A DNA stretch of 55,927 nucleotides. Origin: a virus (lineage: Duplodnaviria; Caudoviricetes). This document shows positions 20,586-31,566 of this stretch, piece after piece (the stretch's first letter is position 1; every line of letters begins with the position of its first letter). Under the pieces are notes generated by a model, which did no database searches, had not been told where the DNA came from, and saw only the letters and a program-made list of their open reading frames with translations. The stretch is taken from positions 1 to 55,927 of IMG/VR virus record IMGVR_UViG_3300042389_000953. One strand, written 5' to 3'. Made by a program: the position numbers and the translations under genes.

Positions 20586-21344
20586 ATGCTCGGTTTCAAC
20601 GGTGGCCTCATGGGCGTGCGCCGCACGGCAACAACTGGAGCGGCGTCTGGACTGTGGTTCCAGAATGAACAGAGCGTCGCTAGGCGAGCTGGGATTTGGC
20701 CGCTAGTAGGCGCAGATCCGTCTTATGCAAACGTGAGCCTGCTGCTGCACATGGATGGCAGCAATGGCAGTACGACATTTACAGATAGTGGGCCAAATGC
20801 AAGACCAGTTACGCGCACAGGCAATGCACAGATCAGTACTGCACAAAGCAAGTTTGGCGGCGCATCCGGATTGTTTGACGGATCAGGTGACATTTTAAGC
20901 GTTCTTGATTATGCAGACATGGAAATGACTGCAGATTTTACGATTGAGTGCTTTGCTTACCCGACCGTAACCACCGATAAGATCATTGCTGGCCACAATG
21001 TGCAAAACGTACAGCTGTTTAGAATTAACAGCGGCGCCACAGGCAACATATCGGTCTATCTTAATGATACTGTCCTTAGCAATACAGCAGCGGGAATTAC
21101 GGCTAATCAATGGCACCACTTGGCAGTCTCTCGCACTGGTTCAACAACTAGAGTGTTTGTTGATGGCACGCAGATCGGCAGCTCCAATACCACATGGACA
21201 GGCTCATTTAAGTTTAACCTGATTGGCGGTATGTTTGGCCTCGACTTCCAAGGCTATATTGACGAGTTCCGCGTGACCAAAGGTGTAGGCAGGTACAACA
21301 GCGCAAGCTTTACCGTGCCAACAGCAGCATTCCCTGATTTCTGA
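20586..21344 (+). CDS. Concanavalin A-like/LamG lectin-domain tail fibre protein
   Basis: VSLLLHMDG, STAQSKFGGAS..FDG, DFTIEC, WHHLAV.R, GYIDEFRVTKG; AGGAGG SD before ATG 20586. Confidence 0.85.
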   Translation: MLGFNGGLMGVRRTATTGAASGLWFQNEQSVARRAGIWPLVGADPSYANVSLLLHMDGSNGSTTFTDSGPNARPVTRTGNAQISTAQSKFGGASGLFDGSGDILSVLDYADMEMTADFTIECFAYPTVTTDKIIAGHNVQNVQLFRINSGATGNISVYLNDTVLSNTAAGITANQWHHLAVSRTGSTTRVFVDGTQIGSSNTTWTGSFKFNLIGGMFGLDFQGYIDEFRVTKGVGRYNSASFTVPTAAFPDF

Positions 21345-21775
21345 TGCTGTACTCCCACAACACCACCACCCCAGCGCCCCTCCCCCACCGCATCCGCTTT
21401 GCGGACGGCAGCACCCGCACGGACGCCAGCACCTTCACGCCTGACGAGCTGGAGCGTGCGGGCTACAGCGGCCCATACGAGCGCCCCGAGTGCAACCCGA
21501 AGCTGGAAACGATCGACTGGGACAGCGAGGCGCTTGAGTACGTCGTGCGTCCGTACAGCTTCGATGAGCTGCAAACGCAGCACGCCAAGGTCCGTCAGCA
21601 GCGCATCGAGCTGCTCAAGGCCAGCGACTGGACGCAGATCACCGACTACGACCTCGGCGCTGATCGTGAAGCCTGGGCCGCCTACCGCCAGGCCCTGCGC
21701 GACTTGGCCGATGCGCCCAACCCGTTTGACATCACCTGGCCGCAGCCGCCTGTACCCGACACGCCGCAGGTGTGA
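21344..21775 (+). CDS. Tail fibre assembly chaperone
   Basis: R..LLKASDWTQ..D...WAAYRQALRDL....WP. Confidence 0.85.
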   Translation: MLYSHNTTTPAPLPHRIRFADGSTRTDASTFTPDELERAGYSGPYERPECNPKLETIDWDSEALEYVVRPYSFDELQTQHAKVRQQRIELLKASDWTQITDYDLGADREAWAAYRQALRDLADAPNPFDITWPQPPVPDTPQV

Positions 21776-21844
21776 AGTGCAGCACAGCCACGGTAACCGC
21801 TACAGTTGTCATAACTCCAGCGGTTCTACTCTCTTCGTAAACCC

Positions 21845-22267
21845 ATGGCCAGCCTAATCTACCTATCGTGCCTGGACGACAGCGCTAAGGGCAACATAGA
21901 CTTCGACACGGATACGTTTAAGGTTTTGCTTGTCTCTGCGTCCTACGTACCGGACAAGCTTACCCATACTAAACGTTCCGCTGTAACCAACGAGGTTACT
22001 GGCACGGGTTACACTGCTGGCGGTGTTACCTGCACCTGTACGGTTGCAAAGTCCACGGTAAACAACGAAGTCACGCTTACATTCGCTGCTGTGAACTGGC
22101 CGACAGCAACACTAACGGCCCGTGGTGCCGTCTACTATAAGTCCAGGGGTGGAGCGTCATCAGCAGACGAGCTTATCGCCTACGATGATTTCGGCGCAAA
22201 CATCGCAAGCACCTCCCAGACTTTCTATCTCAACTCTTCGGTCCTTACTCTGCGCAACCTGACATGA
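21845..22267 (+). CDS. Putative tail structural protein
   Basis: IDFDTDTFKVLL, NEVTGTGYTAGG, TARGAV.Y motifs typical of phage virion proteins. Confidence 0.7.
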   Translation: MASLIYLSCLDDSAKGNIDFDTDTFKVLLVSASYVPDKLTHTKRSAVTNEVTGTGYTAGGVTCTCTVAKSTVNNEVTLTFAAVNWPTATLTARGAVYYKSRGGASSADELIAYDDFGANIASTSQTFYLNSSVLTLRNLT

Positions 22268-22686
22268 GTACCATCGTAACCCGTTCCGGCAAGGGCACAC
22301 CCCTTACTCACGCCGAACTCGACAGTAATTTTAGCAACCTGAACACTGATAAAGCCGGCTACGTCACAGGCGAAGGTGGTGCGGTAAGTCAAGCAACCAG
22401 TAAGGCAACAGGCGTAACGCTTAATAAGCGATGCGGTCAGATTACGCTTAACGGCGCCTCTCTCGCAGCAGCCACTACCGTAAGCTTCACGCTTACAAAC
22501 AGCACAATCGTAGCCACTGACATCGTTGTACTGAACCACGTATCGGTAGGTAACCTAGGCGACTATGCGCTTAGCGCTAGGGCCGCAGCAGGATCCGCAA
22601 CTATCGCAGTACGCAACCTCACTGCCGGTTCACTTTCTGATGCACTCGTCGTTGGCTTTGCGGTAATCAAAGCAACCGCCGCGTAA
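22264..22686 (+). CDS. Putative fibre/virion protein
   Basis: TR.GKG.PLT.AE.D.NF.NL N-terminal motif; QATSK.TGVTLN. Confidence 0.65.
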   Translation: MSTIVTRSGKGTPLTHAELDSNFSNLNTDKAGYVTGEGGAVSQATSKATGVTLNKRCGQITLNGASLAAATTVSFTLTNSTIVATDIVVLNHVSVGNLGDYALSARAAAGSATIAVRNLTAGSLSDALVVGFAVIKATAA

Positions 22687-22689
22687 GCA

Positions 22690-23448
22690 ATGAATTACGT
22701 TGTACTCGGATATTACGTATCTGGGTATGCCGAGGGCGACTCGGTTATCACGTCCTCGCTCCAGGAGGTTTCCCCTGGAGCGGTAATTGAGTTGTTCCAG
22801 CTCGTACTGAATACCGCACAACACGGCATAAACCAGACATTCTACTTTCACGCTGGCACCAATCAGCTGGAGAGCAACGTAGTTTGGCAAGGAAATACGT
22901 ACCAGGCGTTTCCCATCGAGGCCGAAGGGTTTGAGTGGGACGGCCAAGGCTCCTTGCCCCGCCCTAAAATCCGCGCCGCCAACGTCCTAGGAACCTTATC
23001 AAACCTCATACTCTCCTTACCCGAAGGCTTAGAAGGTGCCAAGGTCGTACGCATCCGCACCCTGGCACGCTTTCTCGATGCCGTCAACTTTCCGTCCAGC
23101 ATTAACCCAACCGCCGATCCCAACGCCTCGTGGGAACCGGAAATTTACTACATAGACAGAAAAGCGTCGGAAACTCGCACAGCAGTCGAGTACGAATTAG
23201 CCAGCGCATTCGATCTTGTAGGCGTTAGAGCCCCTAAGCGTCAATGTGTTGCCCGCTGCCAATGGGTCTACAGATCGGCCGAATGTGGCTACACAGGACT
23301 CACCTATTTCAACGACAAGGATCAGCCCGTAGGCTCTTCTGCACAAGACTCGTGCAGCAAGCAGCTCTCCGGGTGTGAGCTACGATTCGGGCAGTACGCC
23401 CAACTGCCATTCGGTGGCTTTCCGGGCATTGGAACCTTCTTCGTATGA
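22690..23448 (+). CDS. Minor tail protein L (lambda gpL-like)
   Basis: [34 protein letters not shown], Cys-rich C-terminus, PFGGFPG. Confidence 0.92.
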   Translation: MNYVVLGYYVSGYAEGDSVITSSLQEVSPGAVIELFQLVLNTAQHGINQTFYFHAGTNQLESNVVWQGNTYQAFPIEAEGFEWDGQGSLPRPKIRAANVLGTLSNLILSLPEGLEGAKVVRIRTLARFLDAVNFPSSINPTADPNASWEPEIYYIDRKASETRTAVEYELASAFDLVGVRAPKRQCVARCQWVYRSAECGYTGLTYFNDKDQPVGSSAQDSCSKQLSGCELRFGQYAQLPFGGFPGIGTFFV

Positions 23449-24149
23449 GCTGGAAAGACGCTGCACTAAGCCATGCACAAGCGCTCGATCCGCACGAGTC
23501 ATGCGGCCTTGTTGTAATTGTAAAGGGCAAGGAAACTTATTGGCCCTGCAAAAACATCGCAACTTACCCAGAGCAGATGTTCAGCATCTGCCCAAACGAT
23601 TATGCGGAAGCGGAACAGGCTGGCGAAGTTGTGGCCATAGTACACAGTCATCCGGCATTTCCGACTACCGCTAGCAACGCAGACATGGTTGCAGCGGAAA
23701 AGACAGCTTTGCCCTGGCACATCGTCAACCCCAAAACGCTGGCCTGGGGCACCTACACGCCCTGCGGCTACACCGCACCGCTCATTGGCAGGGAATGGGT
23801 CTGGGGCGTGCAAGATTGCTGGACTCTCGTCAGGGACTGGTACGCAGAGCAGGGTATCGCCTTGCCCGACTGGGAGCGCCCAGTAAACCCTCTTGACTTC
23901 GCCGACGCACCTATCTTCGATGCGTGCTGGCCCGCCGCCGGCTTCAGGGAACTAAGCGACGACGAAGACTTACAACCTGGCGACGCACTACTTATGTCGA
24001 TCCAGTCAAACACAGGACTGAATCACTGCGGCGTCTACATCGGTGATGGCATGGTACTCCACCACCTACGCGGAAGACTCAGCAGCCGCGACATCTACGG
24101 AGGTTGGCTCCTTAAATGTACCGGAAGGAGGTTGCGTTATGTTGCGTAA
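23445..24149 (+). CDS. Tail assembly protein K (JAB + NlpC/P60)
   Basis: ESCG, HSHP....S..D, DCWTL, NHCGVY....LHH. Confidence 0.92.
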   Translation: MSWKDAALSHAQALDPHESCGLVVIVKGKETYWPCKNIATYPEQMFSICPNDYAEAEQAGEVVAIVHSHPAFPTTASNADMVAAEKTALPWHIVNPKTLAWGTYTPCGYTAPLIGREWVWGVQDCWTLVRDWYAEQGIALPDWERPVNPLDFADAPIFDACWPAAGFRELSDDEDLQPGDALLMSIQSNTGLNHCGVYIGDGMVLHHLRGRLSSRDIYGGWLLKCTGRRLRYVA

Positions 24150-25293
24150 GATTCGGCTATACGGAAGCCTTGCGAAATTCGTTGGCACCCGAGTCCTAGA
24201 GGCAGACGTACGCACAGCAGCAGAAGCCGTGCGCTTTCTTGTCACTAATTTTGATGGGCTTGAACAGCACATGGCTGACAAGCATTACAAAGTAATCACG
24301 CATACCGCAATAACACTAGACGAACTACATGATATAACTAATGTAGACACCATTAAGATTGTGCCAACCGTCGAAGGCTCCGGTCCCGTGGGCCGTATTT
24401 TAGCTGGCATCGGACTTGTCGTTCTTTCCTTTTTCGTCCCATTTGCTGCTCCTTTGCTTCTTGGTATAGGCGCAAGCTTGGTGCTCGGCGGCGTAGCACA
24501 ACTACTCACTCCCGTTCCACGAGTAGGGCAAGGCGAAGCGTCGATAACAGATACAAAAAGAAGTTATAACTTCTCTGGTATTCAGCAGACGAGCCGAGCT
24601 GGCACGCCAGTGCCGCTTGTTTACGGCAAGACCCTAGTAGGCAGCGTTGTTATATCCGCAGGTATTTCTGACGAGGTACAGGTAGGAGCTTCCGCCCCAC
24701 CGCCCACAATTACAATATCTGGCACACCTCCAAACCAAATACTTACCGCGCCAAACGTATGCGAAATAAGATCAATCCAATGGTTCCGCAACGGTGTGCC
24801 TATCCCCGGTGCAACGCAAAGTCAATACGCACTCACGCCACAGGACTACGACCAAACGATTACTGCCAACATTGTATGTTTCGACGGCAGTACAGTAATC
24901 ACCGATAGCTTCGACGTACCCTTTGAGCCAACTGCCTACACGTACTGGCGAGCAGTCAGGGACGCGTACGTATCTCCATGGGGCTCTACCGCAACCACCA
25001 GGCCTATCTGGGCAACACCGTTTAACCCAGGTCTTAAGCCAGTTACGCAGTTTTGGTTCGGAGGCGGAACCATCATGGTGCAATCAGGGAGCGCGGGCGG
25101 CGCTTTGGCTGAGATATACGGCACGAGCATAACCGGCGGCGGCGTAGCAGTCTTTTACTACTATTGGACCGGCGGCGTTACTCCCGAAGACCCCTTTGAA
25201 ATAGGCACACCATTTAGCTTTGAATTTAGCAATGATGCCGTTAATGTCATCGCAACTTGGGCCGGCGTGGAAGACGCATCGCCCCCCTGGTAA
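24139..25293 (+). CDS. Tail assembly protein I, copy 1, with Ig-like C-terminal extension
   Basis: [36 protein letters not shown]...VGSVVISAG; ATG 24139. Confidence 0.88.
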   Translation: MLRKIRLYGSLAKFVGTRVLEADVRTAAEAVRFLVTNFDGLEQHMADKHYKVITHTAITLDELHDITNVDTIKIVPTVEGSGPVGRILAGIGLVVLSFFVPFAAPLLLGIGASLVLGGVAQLLTPVPRVGQGEASITDTKRSYNFSGIQQTSRAGTPVPLVYGKTLVGSVVISAGISDEVQVGASAPPPTITISGTPPNQILTAPNVCEIRSIQWFRNGVPIPGATQSQYALTPQDYDQTITANIVCFDGSTVITDSFDVPFEPTAYTYWRAVRDAYVSPWGSTATTRPIWATPFNPGLKPVTQFWFGGGTIMVQSGSAGGALAEIYGTSITGGGVAVFYYYWTGGVTPEDPFEIGTPFSFEFSNDAVNVIATWAGVEDASPPW

Positions 25294-25297
25294 TTTT

Positions 25298-25459
25298 ATG
25301 CTTACGCTACTTACGCAGGTCGAAGCCAACGAGCGCCTAACCGTATGCCATACCTGCGAGCACTACATAAGGCTGACTGGGCAATGCTCTCTGTGCTATT
25401 GCTTTATGAACGCTAAGGTGTGGGCTAAGGGTGCGCAGTGCCCAATTAGCAAGTGGTAA
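25298..25459 (+). CDS. Small Cys-rich protein (DUF6171-like)
   Basis: RL.VC..C.......C..C.CF...K......CP..KW. Confidence 0.7.
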   Translation: MLTLLTQVEANERLTVCHTCEHYIRLTGQCSLCYCFMNAKVWAKGAQCPISKW

Positions 25460-25463
25460 GCCC

Positions 25464-26702
25464 ATGACAGACGTTATCCATGCCGATCCCAGGGGCCGCC
25501 CCGCACTGCGCAAAATTAGGCTATACGGAAGTCTTGCAAAATTTATAGGCCGTAGGACACTACAAGCTGACATAAGCACAGCAGCGGAAGCCGTACGCTT
25601 TTTAGTTGCTAATTTTGCAGGGCTTGAGCAGCACATGGCTGACAAGCACTACACGGTGATTACGCACACTGCGCTAACACAAGACGAGCTGCATGACCCG
25701 ACAAGCATCGATACCATCAAGATCGTTCCAGTCGTTGAAGGCACTGGTCCGGTAGGTCGCATCCTGGCAGGCGCTGCCCTCATCGCATTGTCATTCATCA
25801 TCCCATTCGGAGCACTACTTGCTCCGCTAGTTCTGGGTGTCGGCGCAAGCCTAGTGCTCGGCGGCGTATCACAACTACTTACTCCAGTGCCCAGAATAGA
25901 CCAAGGCGAAGACTCAATAACAGACACAAAAGAAAGCTATAACTTCTCAGGTATCCAACAGACAAGCCGCGCTGGTACGCCAGTGCCGCTCATTTACGGT
26001 AAGACCCTAGTAGGCAGCGTTGTTATCTCTGCGGGCATATCAGACGAGATAAAAACAGGCAATAGCGAGCCCGAAGAAATGACAGTATTCCCTGCTGACA
26101 TACCGGCTGGTATAGGTAGTGCGCTATACCCATTTGAGGGCTCAAATAGTCCATGTGGCTTAAGCAACCTCAAGTCAATCACTTGGTATAAGGATGGCGT
26201 CAAGCTTGTCACTATTAACTACAACCCTGGAACAAACACGTACACTTACGTGGCGGAACCCGGCCAGTACATGCCCGCATGGCTTAATGCAACCAGCGCC
26301 ACACCCGGCGTACTAGTGGTTGGCATCCACGGCGCGGGTACATATGTTGCAGTAACCGAATGCCTGGATGGCTCGCAATACGGCAAAGCAAAAGTTGTAG
26401 GCAACACTCAGCCTTATGCAATAGACTGCGGTGATATGCGCTATAGATTTATGGTGTCAAACAGCGCAAGCATCTTTACAGTTCCCGCTGGAGCCCCGCC
26501 ATTTGTAGAGCAAACTGATCCCACTGTCAATGTTGTTAGAGGCGTCGATTGTGACGGCAATGTCACCAATAGCTGGGGAATAATTAGCTGGAATCCTATT
26601 ACAGATCCAGGAATTACTCTGAGCGTGATTGACTTGCAAGTAACGTATAATAACGGAGTGACCTGGAGCACGTATATTGACTACGCAGTGGACGCCCCGT
26701 AA
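25464..26702 (+). CDS. Tail assembly protein I, copy 2, with a different C-terminal extension
   Basis: N-terminal ~180 aa highly similar to copy 1; diverges after ISAGISDE. Confidence 0.88.
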   Translation: MTDVIHADPRGRPALRKIRLYGSLAKFIGRRTLQADISTAAEAVRFLVANFAGLEQHMADKHYTVITHTALTQDELHDPTSIDTIKIVPVVEGTGPVGRILAGAALIALSFIIPFGALLAPLVLGVGASLVLGGVSQLLTPVPRIDQGEDSITDTKESYNFSGIQQTSRAGTPVPLIYGKTLVGSVVISAGISDEIKTGNSEPEEMTVFPADIPAGIGSALYPFEGSNSPCGLSNLKSITWYKDGVKLVTINYNPGTNTYTYVAEPGQYMPAWLNATSATPGVLVVGIHGAGTYVAVTECLDGSQYGKAKVVGNTQPYAIDCGDMRYRFMVSNSASIFTVPAGAPPFVEQTDPTVNVVRGVDCDGNVTNSWGIISWNPITDPGITLSVIDLQVTYNNGVTWSTYIDYAVDAP

Positions 26703-26795
26703 TGGCTAGTGTTTCTGCATTGTTCTCATCCCGCCGCATCGTTAAGTTAGAATGTGCCAACTCGTGCAATTAAGAGCGTGAATACCGAAAAGGAC

Positions 26796-29024
26796 ATGCA
26801 CCGCACGCTCGTCTCCGGCGCGGGCGGCAAAGGTAGCGCACCAGCTCCGCGCAAGCCTAGGACCGACGCGGACAGCCTCAACTCCACACAATACGCTAAT
26901 GTCCTCGACCTAATTTCTGAAGGCGAAATCGAAGGCTTGGTAGACGGCTACAAGTCAATTTTCTTCAATAATACAGCACTTCAGAACTCAGACGGTTCAT
27001 ACAACTTTCAAGACGTAGAGATCCACCTACGCAGCGGCACACAAACCCAGACCTGGATCCCCCTAGCCAGCGGCGGCGTAGAAGACGAAAAACCAGTCGG
27101 CGTCGAGGTACAGCAGGCATTCCCCATCGTAAAGACGATCACAGACATTCAAGTAGACGCAGTACGAGTTACTATCTCCATTCCGTCGCTGCAGCGAATT
27201 GACCAGGATACCGGCGACACCTTAGGCACCTCTGTCTCGCTAAAAATATCAGTCCAGTATGCCGGCGGCGGCTACACCGATGTAATTACAGACACTATCT
27301 CGGGAAGAACATCAGACGAATACCGAAAGCTTTACGTAGTGCCGCTGGCCGCACGCTCTGCAGGAATAAGCGCAGATATAAAAGTTACGCGCCTTACAGC
27401 AGACAGCAGCGATCAGCTTCTGAATAACAAGACGATATGGAGTAGCTACACCGAAATTATCTACGCAAAACTGCGCTACCCCAATAGCGCTCTCGTCGGC
27501 ATCCGCGTAAATGCACAACAATTCAACTCCATCCCACAACGCAGTTACCTAATCAAAGGCATCAAGGTTCAGATACCCGCCGGTGTAACCGTCGATCAAA
27601 CGACGGGTCGCATCATCTACCCGCCCAACTTCATCTGGAACGGAACCCTCGGAGCTGCGGTCTGGACATCCTGCCCCGCATGGATCCTCTGGGATCTGCT
27701 CACAGAATCGCGCTACGGTTTCGGCGACCACATCAAAGCCACACATCTCGATAAGTGGGCTTTCTACGCCGCCTCTAAGTACGCCAACGAGTTGGTTGCG
27801 GATGGCTTTGGCGCTGAGGAAGCCCGCTTCTCCTGCAACGCAAATATCCAGACATCAGAGGACGCCTACAGACTCGTAAACGACCTCTTATCCGTAATGA
27901 GATGCCAGGGCTTCTGGAGCGCTGGAGCGCTCACCGTCGTCCAAGATCGTCCCGCAGATCCCGCATACCTATTCACCCTCGCTAACGTATCCAAGGACGG
28001 ATTTGTCTACAGCAATTCCAGCCTAAAGACGCGGCCTAATGTGGCCGTTGTAAGCTATTTGGATCTTGATACGCGCGACACAGCTTACGAGGTAGCTGAG
28101 GATGTCGAGCTTGTAAATAAGTATGGTGTTTTAAAAACAGAAATAAGCTCGTTTGCCTGCACAAGCAGGGGCCAAGCTAACCGCCTGGGGCGCTGGCTAA
28201 TCTACACCGAACGCTACGAAAAAGACGTTGTTACGTTCCAGTCCGGGCTGGAGGCTGGGCAAAAAATCCGTCCGGGTCAGATCATCAAAATCTCCGACCC
28301 CCTCTACGCTGGTTCGCGTCGTGCCGGTCGCATTGCCGCAGCGACCAGCACACAAATTACAATCGACAACGCAGCAGAAACCGATCTAAGCGGTGCGGCA
28401 TCAAGCTCCCTTGTTTCTGTAATTCTGCCGGATGGCACGCTAGAAACCAGGCAGGTCTCCACAATCGCAGGCGGTGTAATCACCGTTACACAGCCCTTCA
28501 GCATCACACCTAATGCAAATTCGATCTGGGCACTGGAGACCGCGATCGTAGAGACAACCTTATGGCGCGTCTTAGGAATAAAGGAAGAAGACGGCTCCCA
28601 ATACGCAATAACCGCAATAGCTTATAACCCTGCGAAGTACGCTTACGTCGAGGATGCGGTGCCGCTTCAGCCACGGCAAGGCACTCAACTAAATCCACTT
28701 CCGCCGGCCCCCCAGAATGTGCGTGGTACGGAGATCGACTTCGACCGCAACGGCGTCACCGTCAAGAAGCTCACGTTCTTCTGGACGGCACCCCCTGGCA
28801 TCGGACAGTTCAGGGTTAAGTACCGGCCCGAGTCGGACTATTTTGTGACCGTAGACGTTCAGGGTTTCGTGTTTGACGTAGAAAACCCCAAGCCCGGTAA
28901 ACACTACATACAAGTATCTAGCATTTCGTCTAGCTCAAACCTTAGTCAAGCTGTTCTGGGCGAATATACAATAGGCCCCTACGTAGTTACCGACTACGTT
29001 GACGCGGACTACGGAACCGCGTAA
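26796..29024 (+). CDS. Central tail tip protein J (host specificity), C-terminally short
   Basis: DLISEGEIEGL, LRYPNSAL, PAWILWDLLT..RYG.G, CTSRGQA.R.G.W; ORF track starts at GTG 26754. Confidence 0.92.
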   Translation: MHRTLVSGAGGKGSAPAPRKPRTDADSLNSTQYANVLDLISEGEIEGLVDGYKSIFFNNTALQNSDGSYNFQDVEIHLRSGTQTQTWIPLASGGVEDEKPVGVEVQQAFPIVKTITDIQVDAVRVTISIPSLQRIDQDTGDTLGTSVSLKISVQYAGGGYTDVITDTISGRTSDEYRKLYVVPLAARSAGISADIKVTRLTADSSDQLLNNKTIWSSYTEIIYAKLRYPNSALVGIRVNAQQFNSIPQRSYLIKGIKVQIPAGVTVDQTTGRIIYPPNFIWNGTLGAAVWTSCPAWILWDLLTESRYGFGDHIKATHLDKWAFYAASKYANELVADGFGAEEARFSCNANIQTSEDAYRLVNDLLSVMRCQGFWSAGALTVVQDRPADPAYLFTLANVSKDGFVYSNSSLKTRPNVAVVSYLDLDTRDTAYEVAEDVELVNKYGVLKTEISSFACTSRGQANRLGRWLIYTERYEKDVVTFQSGLEAGQKIRPGQIIKISDPLYAGSRRAGRIAAATSTQITIDNAAETDLSGAASSSLVSVILPDGTLETRQVSTIAGGVITVTQPFSITPNANSIWALETAIVETTLWRVLGIKEEDGSQYAITAIAYNPAKYAYVEDAVPLQPRQGTQLNPLPPAPQNVRGTEIDFDRNGVTVKKLTFFWTAPPGIGQFRVKYRPESDYFVTVDVQGFVFDVENPKPGKHYIQVSSISSSSNLSQAVLGEYTIGPYVVTDYVDADYGTA

Positions 29025-29048
29025 GCTCTGCCTATCGGCTGTCACTTC

Positions 29049-29186
29049 ATGACTGTCAAAAGCAAAACCGGCACCGCCCGCGTCGAGCATGTACCAGGCA
29101 AGCCCAAGCTCACCCGCCAAGGTCAGGGCCAGCACAGCAAACCCAGCCACGGCCGAAAGCTGCGCCGCGGCCAAGGTAAGCCGTAG
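29049..29186 (+). CDS. Small basic protein (45 aa), not in ORF track
   Basis: MTVKSKTGTARVEHVPGKPKLTRQGQGQHSKPSHGRKLRRGQGKP; fills the gap. Confidence 0.7.
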   Translation: MTVKSKTGTARVEHVPGKPKLTRQGQGQHSKPSHGRKLRRGQGKP

Positions 29187-29257
29187 CGCTGTGCCGCAGC
29201 GCTGCCATAGTGCGGAGCTGCAGCCGTTTATGCAAGCCTTGTCGCTAAGCTGAGCTT

Positions 29258-29596
29258 ATGGCGATCTCCCCTGGCACGTACGACATCACCCTGCAGCGCA
29301 GGGCGGACTATAGCGTCACGCTCCAGTTCAAGGACAGCACCAACACGCCCATCGACCTAACGGGCTGGACCGCCGCGGCTCAAGCCTGGAACGAATACCG
29401 CACCACAAAATACGCCGACTTTACCGTAAGCTACACCAATAGGCTTACAGGTACTATTGCGCTGTCGCTTACAGACGATCAAACCGCTACCTTCCCCACC
29501 ACCGCCTATTACGACGTACTGCTCACAAATCCCAGCGGCCTAAAGGAATATTACCTAGAGGGCGCTATTTATGTGAGTGAGGGATACACTGCATGA
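29258..29596 (+). CDS. Virion protein, BppU-N-like/fibre adaptor
   Basis: PIDLTG.TA.AQ, G.I.LSLT..QT, YYDVLLT.P.G....LEG. Confidence 0.65.
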   Translation: MAISPGTYDITLQRRADYSVTLQFKDSTNTPIDLTGWTAAAQAWNEYRTTKYADFTVSYTNRLTGTIALSLTDDQTATFPTTAYYDVLLTNPSGLKEYYLEGAIYVSEGYTA

Positions 29597-31095
29597 CAGC
29601 CGTAAGTGTAAGTACAGAGACTATTACGGTTGTAATTACAGAAGGTAATGGTAATACCGCCGTTGTAAGCTCTCCCAGCTCTGCTGTACTGATCGAAACG
29701 GTTGGTGTTGGTCCGCAAGGTGCCAGCTACGTCGGCGCAACCGGGGTCACCGGCCCAGTCGGCGCCACTGGCGTTGTAGGCGTAAGCGGCGCTACGGGCG
29801 TTGTAGGCGTGAGCGGCGCTACTGGTGTTGTTGGTGTTACGGGCGCTACTGGAGTTGTCGGTGTAAGTGGTGCCACGGGTATTGGTATTACCGGGGCTAC
29901 AGGCGTTGTTGGCGTGACTGGCGCCACGGGAGTTGTCGGTGTTACGGGTGCTACTGGTGTTGTTGGCGTTACAGGCGCTACTGGGGTAATTGGCGTAAGT
30001 GGTGCCACTGGTGTTGTAGGCGTAAGCGGCGCAACTGGCGTTGTTGGTGTTACTGGCGCCACGGGCGTTATTGGTATAAGCGGTGCCACTGGGCCTGTTG
30101 GAATTACTGGGGCTACTGGCGTTGCAGGGATTAGCGCCGCAGGCCGCATCTGGTACTTCCACCAAACCAATTCGGACATCAGCGGCTACGAATCTCTCCA
30201 GCCGGATACTCCTGACGCCGATCCACAGGATGACATGACCGCCGTGGTCATCGACACTGCTGGCCAGGTCATCATCGAAGAGTTTGCTAGCGACCCCGGC
30301 GATCCAGCTCTTACCGAAATCCCCGCAGGCGAATATGAGTTTCGGTACTGGGCCTATGCCAGCACCGCCAGCGGCAGCACCAATCTCGTCTTCAAGTTCT
30401 ACAAGCGCAATACCAGCGGCACCGAAACGCTGCTGTTTGAAATCGACAGCCCAGAAATCGACGCACTAAGCAGTAATTTTTACACCACGCTATACACCGC
30501 AGTTAACTCATTTGTTATTGCTGAAACCGATCGCATCGTCGTCAAGGTCTACGCCGAAACAACACACACCAGCAACGTAACCGCGCACTTCCTGCACTCT
30601 GGCGCGACGCCCAGCAGCATCCGCACCGCCATCACCCTGGGCTATGTCGGCCCTCAGGGCGCCACGGGTATCGGCATTACTGGAGCCACCGGAGTCGTCG
30701 GTGTGAGCGGCGCCACGGGCGTCGTCGGCGTCACCGGGGCCACAGGGGTTGTCGGAGTCACCGGGGCCACTGGGGTCGTTGGCGTGACCGGAGCCACTGG
30801 AGTTGAAGGGGTTACAGGCGCCACGGGCGTTGTCGGTGTGACGGGAGCGACGGGAGTTGAGGGCGTTACGGGCGCCACAGGTATCGGCATCACTGGCGCC
30901 ACTGGAGTTGTCGGCGTAAGCGGCGCGACGGGCGCCGTTGGAGTCACTGGAGCTACCGGCGTTGTTGGCGATGGTGATAAGGGAGACATCACCGTCTCCA
31001 ATAGCGGCCTTACGTGGACTATCGACCCCGGCGTAGCTACAAATGCTAAGTACGGCCGTATTCTCGCTGCCCAGTATGGTGCAGCAATGCCCTGA
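29593..31095 (+). CDS. Collagen-like Thr/Val-rich fibre protein
   Basis: Two Gly-X-Y blocks of GATGVVGV(T/S) flanking a globular domain; [16 protein letters not shown]. Confidence 0.9.
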   Translation: MTAVSVSTETITVVITEGNGNTAVVSSPSSAVLIETVGVGPQGASYVGATGVTGPVGATGVVGVSGATGVVGVSGATGVVGVTGATGVVGVSGATGIGITGATGVVGVTGATGVVGVTGATGVVGVTGATGVIGVSGATGVVGVSGATGVVGVTGATGVIGISGATGPVGITGATGVAGISAAGRIWYFHQTNSDISGYESLQPDTPDADPQDDMTAVVIDTAGQVIIEEFASDPGDPALTEIPAGEYEFRYWAYASTASGSTNLVFKFYKRNTSGTETLLFEIDSPEIDALSSNFYTTLYTAVNSFVIAETDRIVVKVYAETTHTSNVTAHFLHSGATPSSIRTAITLGYVGPQGATGIGITGATGVVGVSGATGVVGVTGATGVVGVTGATGVVGVTGATGVEGVTGATGVVGVTGATGVEGVTGATGIGITGATGVVGVSGATGAVGVTGATGVVGDGDKGDITVSNSGLTWTIDPGVATNAKYGRILAAQYGAAMP

Positions 31096-31113
31096 CCCCC
31101 GCCTGTAGTCATC

Positions 31114-31566
31114 ATGGCCGCAAACACCTCACCGATCTGGACGCTGACCCCCAACGTCTCAGGCGTTGACATCACAAACACGGTTGCAAACGTCAACACC
31201 ACCGCCCCCGGCACCATCGGGACCAACTGTTTCCTGGCGTTCACTTCCGGCGCAGACGGCTCCTACCTGCAGAAGATCCGCTTCTGCTTCGTTTCAACCA
31301 CTGGCGTTATCTCTCCCGTCGCCGCAACATTGCAGGTGTATTTGTCCACCATCAACACTGGTGCGACAACTTCAGCCAACACTGACTTGATCGCTCAAGT
31401 CCATGCCGCACCGCAAACAATTACGCTGGTCACAGCAGCACCATACCCGATTGAAATTCCTTTGAATTTTGCAATCCCGGCCAGCAGGTACATCTTAGTA
31501 ACCCAGTCCGTTGCTCAAACCACCAACGCCAACTGGCACGCAGTTGTAATCGGGGGTAACTACTAA
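31114..31566 (+). CDS. Putative virion protein
   Basis: [11 protein letters not shown]-terminus, GGNY end; fibre block. Confidence 0.65.
   Translation: MAANTSPIWTLTPNVSGVDITNTVANVNTTAPGTIGTNCFLAFTSGADGSYLQKIRFCFVSTTGVISPVAATLQVYLSTINTGATTSANTDLIAQVHAAPQTITLVTAAPYPIEIPLNFAIPASRYILVTQSVAQTTNANWHAVVIGGNY

Noticed and set aside
24139-26702. Diversity-generating retroelement or invertible shufflon
   Set aside because: No reverse transcriptase or site-specific recombinase seen; copies are direct, and differences are not adenine-restricted
29727-31244. Minus-strand PVAPVTPTT repeat proteins
   Set aside because: Antisense reading of the collagen-like gene
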